64,000 nt of DNA, from positions 96,001 through 160,000 of the forward strand of contig JAWBTQ010000001.1 in assembly GCA_038841535.1 (NCBI GenBank), given 5' to 3'. A program made the position numbers and the translations under genes. This DNA is from Sulfolobales archaeon (lineage in GTDB: Archaea; Thermoproteota; Thermoprotei_A; Sulfolobales; NBVN01). This document shows, one piece after another, positions 1 through 10,728 of this stretch (within the stretch, counting starts at the first letter, position 1; each line of letters opens with the position of its first letter). A model generated the notes under the pieces. The model did not search any database, had not been told where the DNA came from, and saw nothing but the letters and a program-made list of their open reading frames with translations.

Positions 1-2
1 AG

Positions 3-146
3 CTGATCCACGTCTTCTGCTTAGCTATAGCTAAGAATTTGAGTATTAAGGACGTCGCTGACGTCGTCTATACGCATCCTACGTACTCCGAGGTAATAAG
101 TGAAGTAGCGAATCTAGCCTTAGGGAGACCGATGCACATAAAGTAA
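3..146 (+). CDS. 3' end of a pyridine nucleotide-disulfide oxidoreductase (dihydrolipoamide dehydrogenase-like), truncated by the window edge
   Basis: Manual translation gives LIHVFCLAIAKNLSIKDVADVVYTHPTYSEVISEVANLALGRPMHIK*, with the HPTxSE dimerisation-domain motif. Confidence 0.8.
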   Translation: MIHVFCLAIAKNLSIKDVADVVYTHPTYSEVISEVANLALGRPMHIK

Positions 147-154
147 TCGTTCTT

Positions 155-1003
155 CTATTTCCTATGGAACATCTCTAACTTCTTTACACTCTCAGCAGGT
201 GGTTCCGCTAGAGAAGCTGCGCACTTTACCCCTAGCTGTGCGCATACCTCCATAAAGGCTTTGACTACGGATGACCACCAAGTCCTGCTCCTCGCAAGAG
301 ACTCTATCTTCTCGATGTCTTTAACAACTGAGCTGAGAGAGCTGCGCACTCTCGGGGTGACCCTCAGTTTGTCTATGAGAACTGTGCTCGCGCACCCATG
401 AACAGCCTCAAGAACTTTAGTAAATGAGTTTTTGTCATCGTTTAAACCTGGGATCACAGGTCCGTAGAAAAGCCACGTTCTTAATCCCTCTCCTGATACC
501 TGAGTTAAAGCTTTAGCTCTCTGCGCAGGTATAGGGGCACCTGGCTCTAATAGAGAAGCTACTCCAGGGTCTAGAGTTATAATCGTGAAGCCGACGTCTA
601 CCATCCCCCTAAAGCTCTTAAGGATATCGAGATCTCTTAAGACTAGGGGAGACTTCGTCTGAACACTTACCTTAAAGCCTCGCCTTAGTAGTACCTCTAT
701 GGACCTACGCGTTAGTTTCTCGACTGACTCTACTGGTTGGTATGGGTCTGTAATAGTTGAGATACCTACGGTACCCGGCTTAAGCTTCCTGGTCTCCCTC
801 TTCAATATACTAAGGAGATCCTCCTTAACGTATACGAGAGACCCCCATTTTTCAACAACTTCTGCCTGCCTAGTGTAGTCTCTCGCGTAACAGTACAGGC
901 AACCGTGTAAGCAGCCGATGTATGGATTGAGCGAGTAGTCTAGGTCTGGTAGCCCGGACCTAGATAGAGCCGTCCTAACCCTAATCCTAGGGCACTTAGT
1001 CAA
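155..1003 (-). CDS. Radical SAM protein, SplB/Rv2578c-like (putative DNA repair)
   Basis: NPYIGCLHGCLYCYA (CxxxCxxC), TDPYQPVE, TKS and LEPGAP motifs; overlaps the nre stop. Confidence 0.85.
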   Translation of the reverse strand: MTKCPRIRVRTALSRSGLPDLDYSLNPYIGCLHGCLYCYARDYTRQAEVVEKWGSLVYVKEDLLSILKRETRKLKPGTVGISTITDPYQPVESVEKLTRRSIEVLLRRGFKVSVQTKSPLVLRDLDILKSFRGMVDVGFTIITLDPGVASLLEPGAPIPAQRAKALTQVSGEGLRTWLFYGPVIPGLNDDKNSFTKVLEAVHGCASTVLIDKLRVTPRVRSSLSSVVKDIEKIESLARSRTWWSSVVKAFMEVCAQLGVKCAASLAEPPAESVKKLEMFHRK

Positions 1004-2219
1004 AGAGCCTCCTACCTCTAGTTAGAAGACTCAGTATCCTCGATCGAGCCACTATGTTCTCTACCGGAACCCTAGTCAGACCTCTAATATCTTCAAGAAG
1101 TTCACTCAAGGTTTTGTAGCTCTTGTATTGAGAGCTAAATAGGGCTCTAACCATCTCCCTAACGAACCACACGCCTACTGGAACGTTGAAGCTCGGATAG
1201 ATCTCTCTATAGAGTACTGCTCCAGCTTGCCGCCCCAGCCTATTTAAGTACTCAACTACGGCCAGCCTTGAAGCATAGTAGCACCCTCCTATCGAAGGGT
1301 ACTCTCTTCTCCTACTCGTAACCTCCCAGTCTCCCTCTAGTACAACATCACCACCGAAGAGGTTCCAGGTCGACCCTGGAAACCAAGCCTCTATCCACTC
1401 GAACATCCATCGAGTAGGCAGTAGGATTGCTATGAATAGATTACCGCTACTCGATAGACAATACAACCTGAACTCGTTTATTGTCGGCTTATCAACTAAT
1501 CTCCTTATTAAAGCCTCGGATATAGTTGAGTCAACAGCCGTTATAGCCCACCTAGTAGGTACGAGCTTTCTCCTGCTTTCTCTACCTAGAGACCCTACGG
1601 ATAGTACCCTCATTATCGTGGATACCGGTACAGATGACCTATATAGGTAGAGAATAGCGTTTCTAGCATCTAACTCCCCGTCTCCGTAAACCTTCTCAAC
1701 GTGCTTGTCCACATATGGGTTTGAGCCAAGGTCTATCTTCTTTACTGGCGCTAGGGGACCCATTGGTGGTATGTGCTCATCTAGTAAGACCTTCGGCCTA
1801 ACACTTTTCTCGAAGTAGACTTCGACATCGACAGGTTTAGAGGACAGAGCAATCTCTCTTATCTTATCCGCAAAACTACTACTTACTTCATATACCCTGA
1901 GTGTTCTCCCTCCACGTATGAGAGTCAACCTAAACCTTAATATTTCGTCTAGCGGTAGCTCTAACCATTTCTCTGGTTGGTCGTATACCGAAGTATCCCC
2001 AACCTCTGGTGGGAGTCCTGCCGCCACAGTAACGCGAGGATAGCCTACCCAACCCACATAAACAGACGGAGGCGATGTACTTGTGAGTTCTCGAGAAACC
2101 TGTTTTAAGGTATATAGAGAAGATGTCCTAATAAGGACTGGACAATACTCTAAGCCGCACAGCCTTCTCGACCCACCGCGGCATAGAACGCATAGCCTGC
2201 TATCTATCAACTTCCTCAC
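996..2219 (-). CDS. nreA: Nre family DNA repair protein (DUF650/DUF651); likely start is the GTG at 2219 rather than 2348
   Basis: N-terminal C-x2-C...LCG..CP zinc motif, SPPSVYVG..GYP, RKLVPTRWAITAVD, GGCYYASRL, PVGVWFVRE. Confidence 0.85.
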   Translation of the reverse strand: MRKLIDSRLCVLCRGGSRRLCGLEYCPVLIRTSSLYTLKQVSRELTSTSPPSVYVGWVGYPRVTVAAGLPPEVGDTSVYDQPEKWLELPLDEILRFRLTLIRGGRTLRVYEVSSSFADKIREIALSSKPVDVEVYFEKSVRPKVLLDEHIPPMGPLAPVKKIDLGSNPYVDKHVEKVYGDGELDARNAILYLYRSSVPVSTIMRVLSVGSLGRESRRKLVPTRWAITAVDSTISEALIRRLVDKPTINEFRLYCLSSSGNLFIAILLPTRWMFEWIEAWFPGSTWNLFGGDVVLEGDWEVTSRRREYPSIGGCYYASRLAVVEYLNRLGRQAGAVLYREIYPSFNVPVGVWFVREMVRALFSSQYKSYKTLSELLEDIRGLTRVPVENIVARSRILSLLTRGRRLFD

Positions 2220-2580
2220 GCGTATTGAGCTACTGCGGCTAATATTATCGCTACAACGGGACTTAGTTTGGTTGATATTCATGGTTGTTTTTAAGTCTGA
2301 GATACGGGGTCCTGACTTCACCAAACGAGCCTTAACTAAGTTAAACACTCTCTAGGCAACCGCCGCGCCGCAGATAAAGGCATCCAAAGATCTATTACTA
2401 ACGCTGTAGGCTTGTCTACGTGTCTATGGAGTCCAGTCGCACCTACAAGCATCTAAAAACCATTATAGACTGTAGACCCCGCAGCAGATTCTGCTTGCTG
2501 GAAGATAGATCCTCAGTAAGTAGTAATGTGTAGCGCTGTTTTTCTAAGACGCTGCTGTAAGCTAAGTAGCGGGCTGTCTG

Positions 2581-3048
2581 TTGGTAGTGCCTCCACAGTT
2601 ACTCTTAGGGCTAGGGTTTTCACCGGAACAGCTCGATTGCGCTGGTGTCAAGCTGACTCTATGTGAAGTCTACAACTTTGGCGATAGTGGTGAGGTTCTC
2701 CCGGAGAGTAAGAGAATTCCATTGTACCTAGAGTTAAAGCCAAATGATAGTGGGATGTTTATTTTAGAGAAAGGTGCGTACCTAGTTCGGTACTGTGAGT
2801 ACGTTAAAGTACCTGAGGACTCTATGGCTTTAGCATTCCCGCGCTCCTCTCTGCTGAGGTCGGGAGTGACTCTCTTTACTGCTGTATGGGATCCGGGTTA
2901 CGAGGGGAGGGGGTACGGACTGATGCTCGTTCTAAACAAGCACGGGATAAAAATAGGTGTTAGAGCTCAAGTAGCTCAACTAGTGTACGTAAAGCTTAGT
3001 GAAAAGTCGGCAATCCCGTATAGAGGAGCTTACCACCTTGAGAGGTAG
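2581..3048 (+). CDS. Trimeric dUTPase / dCTP deaminase family protein
   Basis: PRSSLLRSG, WDPGYEG, AQLV and terminal YRGAY motifs. Confidence 0.85.
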   Translation: MVVPPQLLLGLGFSPEQLDCAGVKLTLCEVYNFGDSGEVLPESKRIPLYLELKPNDSGMFILEKGAYLVRYCEYVKVPEDSMALAFPRSSLLRSGVTLFTAVWDPGYEGRGYGLMLVLNKHGIKIGVRAQVAQLVYVKLSEKSAIPYRGAYHLER

Positions 3049-3052
3049 TTAC

Positions 3053-4432
3053 TCATGAGTGCTTACACTGATTGACTAGTTTGACTACTTTGTCTAGAAC
3101 ATCGCTTGGGGTCTTCCCTAATACTCTAATCATAGGCTCTTTACCGATATCACCCATGTCTGCTAGAATGTCTGGTACTCTACCTACTTGCTCAATAGCT
3201 TTTCTTAGCATCCAGGGGAGCGATGCTCCCTCTATTCTTCTTGTTTCCTCGGGTTCTTCTCTTCTATCGATTGTTGCTACAGACATTCCTAGCTTTCTAG
3301 CTGCCTCAACTAGTTCACTACTGTACATTATGTTCATGGCCGACCTAATGCTGGAGTCGTACTTCATAGCCTCGAGTACGAGTCTTGCGACATGAGATGA
3401 CGCCCCAGGCTGCGGATAAGCATAGACCCTAACCCTGCCTGCGTATTTAACGATCCTACCTGGAACCCCGACGACATCTGCTGTACTAAGAGCTAGGTGT
3501 CTAGGTACCGAGTAGACAAGGTTTGATTGAACTTCCGGGATTACCTGTGCTAGTTCTCTATTTAGAGGTTCTGAGGATATTCTATCTAGGACTTCTGTAA
3601 GAACTCTCTCCGCTCTAAACAGCTCCGCATCCAGCTCAATAAAAGCCGTTGGGTTGACTGGGCAAGACCCCTTACCGACTCTGTAAGAGCGGGAGATAGC
3701 TGTGAGAATGAAGTTCTTAGCTTCAACTATGGAATCCAGCACTGGAAGACCTTTAGCTAGATTGGCTGCTATAGCCGCTGAAAAAGAGCAGCCTGTCCCG
3801 TGAGTGCAGCCATCGACTCTAGCCGATTCAATGCGCTTGAGGACGCCTCCTATATAGGCTACATCAACGGCGTTAGATTCCTGCTGAAGGTGTCCGCCCT
3901 TAACGACTACTGCTTCTATACCTAGTTCGCGTGCTATGATTCTAGCAGCTTCCTCGGCATCATCTGGCTTCTCGATCTTGACACCTGAGAGAATTTCTGC
4001 TTCGAACTTATTGGGTGTAACTACCTTAGCTAGAGGAAGTAACTCTCTCTTGAGGGTCTCTATAGCTTCATCAGCTAGAAGCTTGGCTCCACTTTTCGCA
4101 ACCATAACGGGATCAACTACAAGCGGGAAGCCGTAGCTCTTAACCGACTTTGCTACAGCTCTAACTATCGATGAAGAACTAAGCATACCTGTTTTAGCTG
4201 CGTCAATACCCATATCCTCCCACACAGCTTTAACCTGTAACTCCACGAACTCCGCAGGAACCTCGTAGGTCCCTATGACTGAGTAAGTATTTTGAGCCGT
4301 TAAAGCTGTTACAGCAAGTGTTCCGTGAACTCCAAGAGCAGCAAAAGTCTTTAAATCGGCAGCAACGCCTGCTCCACCGCCGGAGTCAACACCGGCTATG
4401 GTCATAGCAACTGGGACTTCCCACTTCCTCAT
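3053..4432 (-). CDS. thiDN: Bifunctional HMP/HMP-P kinase and thiamine-phosphate synthase ThiDN
   Basis: TIAGVDSGGGAGVAADLKT, DPVMVAKSG, HGTGCSFSAA, followed by a ThiN domain (IPEVQSN, GASSHVAR, GKEPMIRVLG). Confidence 0.93.
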   Translation of the reverse strand: MRKWEVPVAMTIAGVDSGGGAGVAADLKTFAALGVHGTLAVTALTAQNTYSVIGTYEVPAEFVELQVKAVWEDMGIDAAKTGMLSSSSIVRAVAKSVKSYGFPLVVDPVMVAKSGAKLLADEAIETLKRELLPLAKVVTPNKFEAEILSGVKIEKPDDAEEAARIIARELGIEAVVVKGGHLQQESNAVDVAYIGGVLKRIESARVDGCTHGTGCSFSAAIAANLAKGLPVLDSIVEAKNFILTAISRSYRVGKGSCPVNPTAFIELDAELFRAERVLTEVLDRISSEPLNRELAQVIPEVQSNLVYSVPRHLALSTADVVGVPGRIVKYAGRVRVYAYPQPGASSHVARLVLEAMKYDSSIRSAMNIMYSSELVEAARKLGMSVATIDRREEPEETRRIEGASLPWMLRKAIEQVGRVPDILADMGDIGKEPMIRVLGKTPSDVLDKVVKLVNQCKHS

Positions 4433-4558
4433 TTTGCTCCCTACACTAAGGCTATCTAAACATTAATAACGCCTACTGAGGGCTCTCTGCCGATCGTGGA
4501 CTCTGTGGTTCTTATTAACCTTGTTTTAAAATAAAGCTGTGACGTGCGGTGCTAGAGC

Positions 4559-7496
4559 TATGAGTACCGTAGACGAGTTCATAGCGTTCTTGAGGAACTT
4601 GGCGGAGAAATGGTCACGTCTCTATTACGAGAGCAGGGTGTTCGAAGCCGACCCGTCCGATGGGGTTCCAAAGTACTTTCTGACAGCAGCATACATGTAT
4701 CCAAACGCACCTATTCACGCAGGTCACGGTAGGACGTATTTAGTGGCCGACGTACTAGCTAGATACAAGAGACTCCTCGGTTACAACGTTCTCTTTCCGA
4801 TGGGTTTTCATTATACGGGGACTCCCGTACTAGTGAGGGTAGAAGCGATTCTAGATAACAACACTAAAGAAATAGAGGCTATGTCGAGGTCTTTCAACGT
4901 AGATGTCGAGACTTTAAAGAAGCTGAGAGACCCGGTTAGCTTTGCTAGATACTTTCACGAGCTCTCTAAGGATGTAATGAAGAGGTATGGACTCAGCATA
5001 GACTGGAGGAGAGAGTTTACTACGATAGACCCAGACTACAAGGCTTTCATACGTTGGCAGTTTAATAAACTTCTCAAGCTAGGCCTACTAGTAAAGGGTA
5101 CTTACCCGGTAGGATGGTGTCCAAAGCATGGTATGCCTGTAAGCATGCACGACACTGAGGGAGATGTTGAGCCGGAAGTCGGGGATCTAACCATAATAAA
5201 GTTTGTGGACGAGCAAGGTATAGTGTTTCCAGCTGCTACATTAAGGCCCGAGACAGTTCTAGGTGTTACGAACGTTTGGGTGCACCCTAAGGCTAAGTAC
5301 TGCATATCTAGAGTAGAGAATGAGAGTTGGGTTATTTCCTGCGAAGCTGTTGGTAAGCTAAGGCACCAGCTAAAGAAAGTCGATGTCTTAGAGGAAGTAA
5401 CTGGTTCTGCCTTCATAGGTAAAGAGCTGCTGAATCCAGTCACAGGTGAAAGGGTTAAAATACTTCCAGCAACATTTGTTAACTCTAGGTTCGCTACTGG
5501 CATCGTAATGTCGGTTCCAGCTCATGCGCCATACGACTATGTAGCCCTTCGCGACTTTGTGGAGAAGGACCTCGGGGGTGTTTGGACGAGGGACCTCACT
5601 CCTCGTCCACTAATTAAGGTGTCAGGATATGGCAATCTACCTGCTAAAGACGTAGTAGAGGAGTTCAAGATCTCTAGTCAGAGTGACGTGAGCCGCCTAG
5701 AGGAGGCTACGAAAAGAGTGTATAGAGATGAGTTTGATAGAGGAGTTGTTAGGCAAGACGTCGTCTCCTACGTAGTTAGTGGGAACTCTAGAGTACTCGA
5801 GTACCTAGAGAAATACGTAGCCGGGAGGACTGTTCGAGAAGCAAGAGAGAACATCAAGACCCTACTGAAGAGTATCGGAGCTATGGACTCTATGTATGAG
5901 ATAATTAATGCGCCAGTCCGCTGCCGCTGTGGTACGGAGGTTATTGTAAAGGTTTTAGAGAATCAGTGGTTTATTGACTATGGAAACGAGAACTGGAAGG
6001 ACCTAGCTAGAAAAGCTCTTGCCGATATGAGAATAGTCCCTGAGGAAGCGAGGAAGGGCATTGAAGCTACTATAAGCTGGTTAAGGGAGAGGGCTTGTGC
6101 TAGGACTAGAGGTATGGGTACGGAACTGCCATGGGAGCCTGGATGGGTTATTGAAGCCTTAAGTGACTCGACGATATACATGGCTTTCTATACGGTAGTC
6201 CACAGAATTAGGAGCCTAGGTGTGCGAGTCGATAGGCTGGACGAGCACTTCTGGGACTACGTATTCTTGGGTATAGGGAGTGCCGAAGAGGTAGCATCTA
6301 AAGCAGGTATTACTGTAGAGGACCTGGTCTCAATTAGGAGAGAGTTCCTCTACTGGTACCCGCTAGACTCTAGGCATAGCGGTAAAGATTTGATACCTAA
6401 CCACCTGACTTTCTTCATATTCAATCACGTAGCACTATTTCCTAGAGAGCTTTGGCCGAAGCAAATAGTGGCAAACGGCTGGGTTCTCATTGAAGGAGCG
6501 CGGATGTCTAAGTCTAAGGGTAACGTTAAGTTATTGGGTAACCTCATAGACACTTATTCGCCGGACGCACTGCGCTTGGGGCTGGCTCTGAGTGCCGAAG
6601 TGGACCAAGATCTCGACTTAAACGAGGACACCATACTCACCGCAGTAAAACAGCTCATGAAGATCTACAACGCTGTCCACGAAATACTTAGTAAAGCAAC
6701 TAGTGAAGACGGTAGGTCACCAGATGAGTGGTTGAGGAAGGTCCTCTCTCACCATGTAGCTGGCTATATAAGCGAACTCGAGAGCGTAAAGCTGAGGGCA
6801 GCAACTATTAGAGTGTACACTAAGATGCTGGAGGACTTAGAGACTTACGTAAAGTGGGCTGGTACTCCAGGGAAGGCCTCTAGAGAGTATCTGATTACTT
6901 GGGTGAAGCTTATGTCCCCGATCACTCCTTTTATAGCTGAAGAGCTCTGGAGTGTGCTAGGCGGTCAGGGATGCGTGGCTAGAGCTGTAATAGATAGGGA
7001 GCTAGCTTTCGGGGACCTCCTCTTCGAGGTCGAGCAAAGATATGTTGACTTAGTTACTGAGGACATAAGATCTGTTCTCGAAGTAGTTAGTGGAGATACC
7101 GTAGTCGTTTACACTCTAGATAAAGAGCTTACGTGGGTCGCAAAGAAGGTAGCTGAAGAAATGCTTAGTGGAACTGAAATGAGTGACATTATTAGGAGGC
7201 TCTCACGTGAGCTAGCCGAGTCGGGTATTAAGCAACCAGATAGAGTGATCAAATCAGTGTACGAGGCAGTAAGTTACTTAGGGCCCGAGAAGCTGATTAA
7301 GTACCTAGAAGCAGCTAAAGAATTCGACGAGTTCAGCGTGTTATCTAAGTATCGAGGACTTATAGTTACCAAACTCGGTCTTAAAGACCTAGTTGTCTAT
7401 AGAGCAAGCGATCCTAAGGTACCTGACCTAGGTGGGAGAAAAGGTAGAGCACTTCCACTTAAACCCGGGATCTACGTTACGTCGAGTACTAGCTGA
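4559..7496 (+). CDS. leuS: Leucine--tRNA ligase (archaeal type)
   Basis: YPNAPIHAGH (HIGH), TLRPET and GIVMSVPAHAPYD editing domain, GKDLIPNHL, RMSKSKG (KMSKS), C-terminal ALPLKPGI; start approximate (ORF 4539, ATG near 4560). Confidence 0.95.
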
Positions 7497-7670
7497 CCTT
7501 CTAAACCTCCTCACGAGGTTTTAACCCACGTACTCACTTCAGGAAGAAATGCCGCAATCGTAAAGCGTAGTCAAGTAAAATGGCTTGTCTTTATTGATGA
7601 TTTCGGTATTTGGTGGTCTTTATTTACACGCATGTACTTCTTATCTCTTGGTATTTAGTCCTTACTCGAG

Positions 7671-8768
7671 GTGGTGCGCGTGCCACGTGTGAGAGAAGCT
7701 ATAGAGATACCCTACTGGAAGTTGAAACCTGGACCCAGGAATTCCATTGTGGATGTTGAAGGTGTTCGCGTTGGTCACGAGACCTTAATCGAGGGCAAGG
7801 GCTCCTTAATCCCTGGGAGAGGACCTGTTAGAACGGGAGTTACTGTGCTCATACCCCACGATGGTAACTTGTACAAGGAGAAAGTGGTTGCTGCTGCCCA
7901 CGTAATTAATGGCTTCACTAAGGCCGTTGGTTTAATACAAGTAGAGGAGCTCGGTGTCATTGAAACCCCTATTGCTCTCACTAATACTTTGAACGTAGGG
8001 TTAGTAGCGGATGGTCTCATAGAGTACTCGATCCGGTCTAACCCCGAAATTGGGGTTATAGCTCCAACAGTTAATCCAGTAGTTCTAGAATGCAACGACG
8101 GGTACTTAAACGATATCCAAGGGAGGCACGTAAAGCAGCATCACGTACTTGAGGCTGTAAAGAATGCTAGTAGAGACCTTATAGAGGGAGCCGTTGGTGC
8201 TGGAACTGGAACGGTAGCCTTCGGGTTTAAGGGAGGTATTGGCGCATCTTCTCGTGTAGTAACGACCTCTTTGGGAACTTACGTTCTAGGAGTGCTTGTT
8301 CAGACTAACTTCGGTAGGATGGAGGACTTAACTATAGGAGGCGTTCCGGTAGGTAAATACCTGAGAGGCTCGGGCCCCGCTAGGTTCCCCGGCTCTGTCA
8401 ACATAATTGTAGCTACTGATGCTCCCCTCACTTATAGGCAACTGAAGAGAATTGCGAAAAGAGTTCAATCAGGGTTAGCTAGAGTAGGTGGATACGTCTA
8501 TCATGGTAGTGGAGAAGTTGTGGTAGCTTTCACTACTGCTCATAGAATTAAGCATGGAATTAAGGAGGTTGTAGACCTTAGGTCACTACCCGATGAAGAA
8601 CTCAACGAGTTCTTTAGGGGGGTTATAGAGGCCACCGAAGAAGCGGTGTTGAACTCCATGTTTAACTCTATTACGATGGATGGAAGAGACCATCACGTAG
8701 TCCATCAGATACCAGTCGAGAAAGTGGTAGAGCTGGTTGGAAACTATAGAGTACGCAACTCTACGTAG
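7671..8768 (+). CDS. DmpA / peptidase S58 (P1) family aminopeptidase
   Basis: GPRNSIVDVEGVRVGH, RTGVT, ECNDGYLND, GAGTG, KGGIG, GS autoproteolysis site, EATEEAVLNS. Confidence 0.9.
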   Translation: MVRVPRVREAIEIPYWKLKPGPRNSIVDVEGVRVGHETLIEGKGSLIPGRGPVRTGVTVLIPHDGNLYKEKVVAAAHVINGFTKAVGLIQVEELGVIETPIALTNTLNVGLVADGLIEYSIRSNPEIGVIAPTVNPVVLECNDGYLNDIQGRHVKQHHVLEAVKNASRDLIEGAVGAGTGTVAFGFKGGIGASSRVVTTSLGTYVLGVLVQTNFGRMEDLTIGGVPVGKYLRGSGPARFPGSVNIIVATDAPLTYRQLKRIAKRVQSGLARVGGYVYHGSGEVVVAFTTAHRIKHGIKEVVDLRSLPDEELNEFFRGVIEATEEAVLNSMFNSITMDGRDHHVVHQIPVEKVVELVGNYRVRNST

Positions 8769-8885
8769 AGATATGCGGCTCCTCAATTGATGCTATTTAC
8801 GTACTCCACTCTACTTGGAGTCGTTTTCTCCTAAGTTTTCGGGAAGGTTACAAACTTAAAAATCTTTATAGTCGCTGGAGTCTGC

Positions 8886-9500
8886 GTATCCGAGAAACTT
8901 TTGAGGCATAAGGAGGTTTGCGAAAAGCCCGGCGTTAGCTAACTTATATTGCAGAGATGGGTTGGGGTAGGCTGTATCTAGGCTATTGGAGCTATTGTTG
9001 GCAAGTGGGTGTTCCCAAGAGAGAGTTAGATGAATGCGTGAGGCACACACGAAAAAATTAGAGCCATGGTCTACGCTAGAGTCTCGCCTCGCGACCAAAG
9101 TGGGACCTGGAGAGGCAGATCAAGAACCTCCCAAAGCATTACGCCTCCTAGGATTATGGAGTAGTTGAGACGCAACTGACGTAGTGTCCAGACTGAAGAC
9201 AGACGAAAAAGTTTGAGGAAGTTGCTTGAGCTAGTAGTATCTAAGCAAGTTGATGACATAGTTAGAACCTGCTAAAATGGTTTCACGAGATTCAGCTTCA
9301 GTTAACTGGAATACTTCTCTAGTCAGTAAGGAGCTACAATAGAAGTTATCTTCAGAGGAATACGGAGAAACGCCTGCTAAGAGCTTGTAGAAGACCTAGT
9401 AGAGGTAGTAACGTCTTTTGCTGAAAACTATACAGATCGAGGTGCCATAGAAAGAGGAAGCAAGTAAAGGGGTTTAAGAAGTTAGACAGAAAAAAGGTGG
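8886..9500 (+). pseudogene. tnpA: Degenerate IS607-family TnpA serine recombinase/transposase
   Basis: Broken frames give SEKLLRHKEVCEKPGVS*LILQRW (MerR-like HTH), VYARVS (9069-9086), DLERQIKNL, RKSLRKLLELV, FTRFSF..LEYF and ELVEDLVEVVTSFA (9381-9422); several stops and frameshifts. Confidence 0.88.
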
Positions 9501-9541
9501 TAACTAAAACAATAGCTGTTAAATTAGAGTGGGTCAGCTAG
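9497..9541 (+). pseudogene. Possible 5' stub of tnpB following tnpA
   Basis: GTG-start MVTKTIAVKLE resembles TnpB N-termini and sits at the expected position; nothing further remains. Confidence 0.4.
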
Positions 9542-9562
9542 TGTCTGGGTACGCAGATCCCG

Positions 9563-10519
9563 GTGGTGCTTTTGAGAGAGGTAAGCTATAGTGAGTACCT
9601 CGAGTTCGCTTCAAGGCATGGTTCTGTAGTTATAGAGAGCCAGGAGTTTAAGCTTGAGCCACTAAGAATTGAGAGATTTGCGCCACTACCAGAGGAGTTA
9701 ACGGATATTTCTACAACCGTTTGGAGCTTTCCCAAGAGAGGGTCATGGGCTACGCACAGGGGCGACTACAGGGGTAATTGGCCTCCTCAGATGGCCAGAG
9801 CCTTAGTCTCTATGTATACTGGGCCCGGTGAGGTAGTGTTAGACCCCATGGTCGGCTCTGGGACGACATGCATTGAATCTAGATTACTTAGGAGGAACTG
9901 TGTAGGAGTTGATATTAACTACAATGCCGTAATCTTAACTCTTCATAGGCTTTACTGGCTGGAGGAGTCTGCTAGGAAGTGGAGTGGCTTAGTAAAGCCT
10001 GAGGAGGTAAATAACTTGCTGAGTACGTGGAGCAAGATATACCATGGAGACGCTAAGAGGCTGTCCCTAATTAGAGATGCCTCGATAGACTTTGTAGCAA
10101 CGCACCCACCCTACTGGAACATTATCGAATACAGCTCTAGTGGTGAAAGTGAGGGGGATCTCTCGAGAGCTAAGACCCTTGAGGAGTATTTGAAGCTAAT
10201 GAAGGAGGTTGCTGGGGAGCTGTACAGAGTGCTGAAACCGGGGAAGTATCTAAGTATTCTAATTGGTGATACTAGGATCCATAAGCACTACGTACCCGTA
10301 TCATACTATATACTTCAAGTTTTCCTGAAGACCGGTTTCATACTTAAGGAAGAAGTAATTAAGGTGCAGCACAAGATGAAGACAACAAGAGAAGTTTGGA
10401 GCAAGTTTAGGGAAGGAGGTTTCTTACTGATATACCACGAGAAACTATACATTTTCAGAAAGCCTGTAGACGCTAGTGACTTAAGTAAACACAAATACAG
10501 TGGGAAAACCGTGATTTAA
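9563..10519 (+). CDS. SAM-dependent amino-methyltransferase (N4-C/N6-A DNA methylase or TRM11-like)
   Basis: TTVWSFPKRGSWATH..YRGNW, LDPMVGSGTT (motif I), THPPY (motif IV), RVLKPG. Confidence 0.85.
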   Translation: MVLLREVSYSEYLEFASRHGSVVIESQEFKLEPLRIERFAPLPEELTDISTTVWSFPKRGSWATHRGDYRGNWPPQMARALVSMYTGPGEVVLDPMVGSGTTCIESRLLRRNCVGVDINYNAVILTLHRLYWLEESARKWSGLVKPEEVNNLLSTWSKIYHGDAKRLSLIRDASIDFVATHPPYWNIIEYSSSGESEGDLSRAKTLEEYLKLMKEVAGELYRVLKPGKYLSILIGDTRIHKHYVPVSYYILQVFLKTGFILKEEVIKVQHKMKTTREVWSKFREGGFLLIYHEKLYIFRKPVDASDLSKHKYSGKTVI

Positions 10520-10728
10520 TTAAACCTGGGAACAGGACCCCGACCTAAAGAGATTTCGCTCCCTTAGTCGCTTGCTCATACAGTGACTTCTGAAACTACG
10601 AGTAAAGCCGAGGTTGAGGAGCGAACTAAACCTAGGTAACAGATTACGACGCTCAAACTTGGCACGACAGGGACGCACACTGCCCACACCGAGAAATCGC
10701 TTTTAAGACGGTAAAACACGAGAACTTG

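Noticed and set aside
8856-9259. Two short minus-strand ORFs
   Set aside because: Antisense shadows of the tnpA pseudogene.
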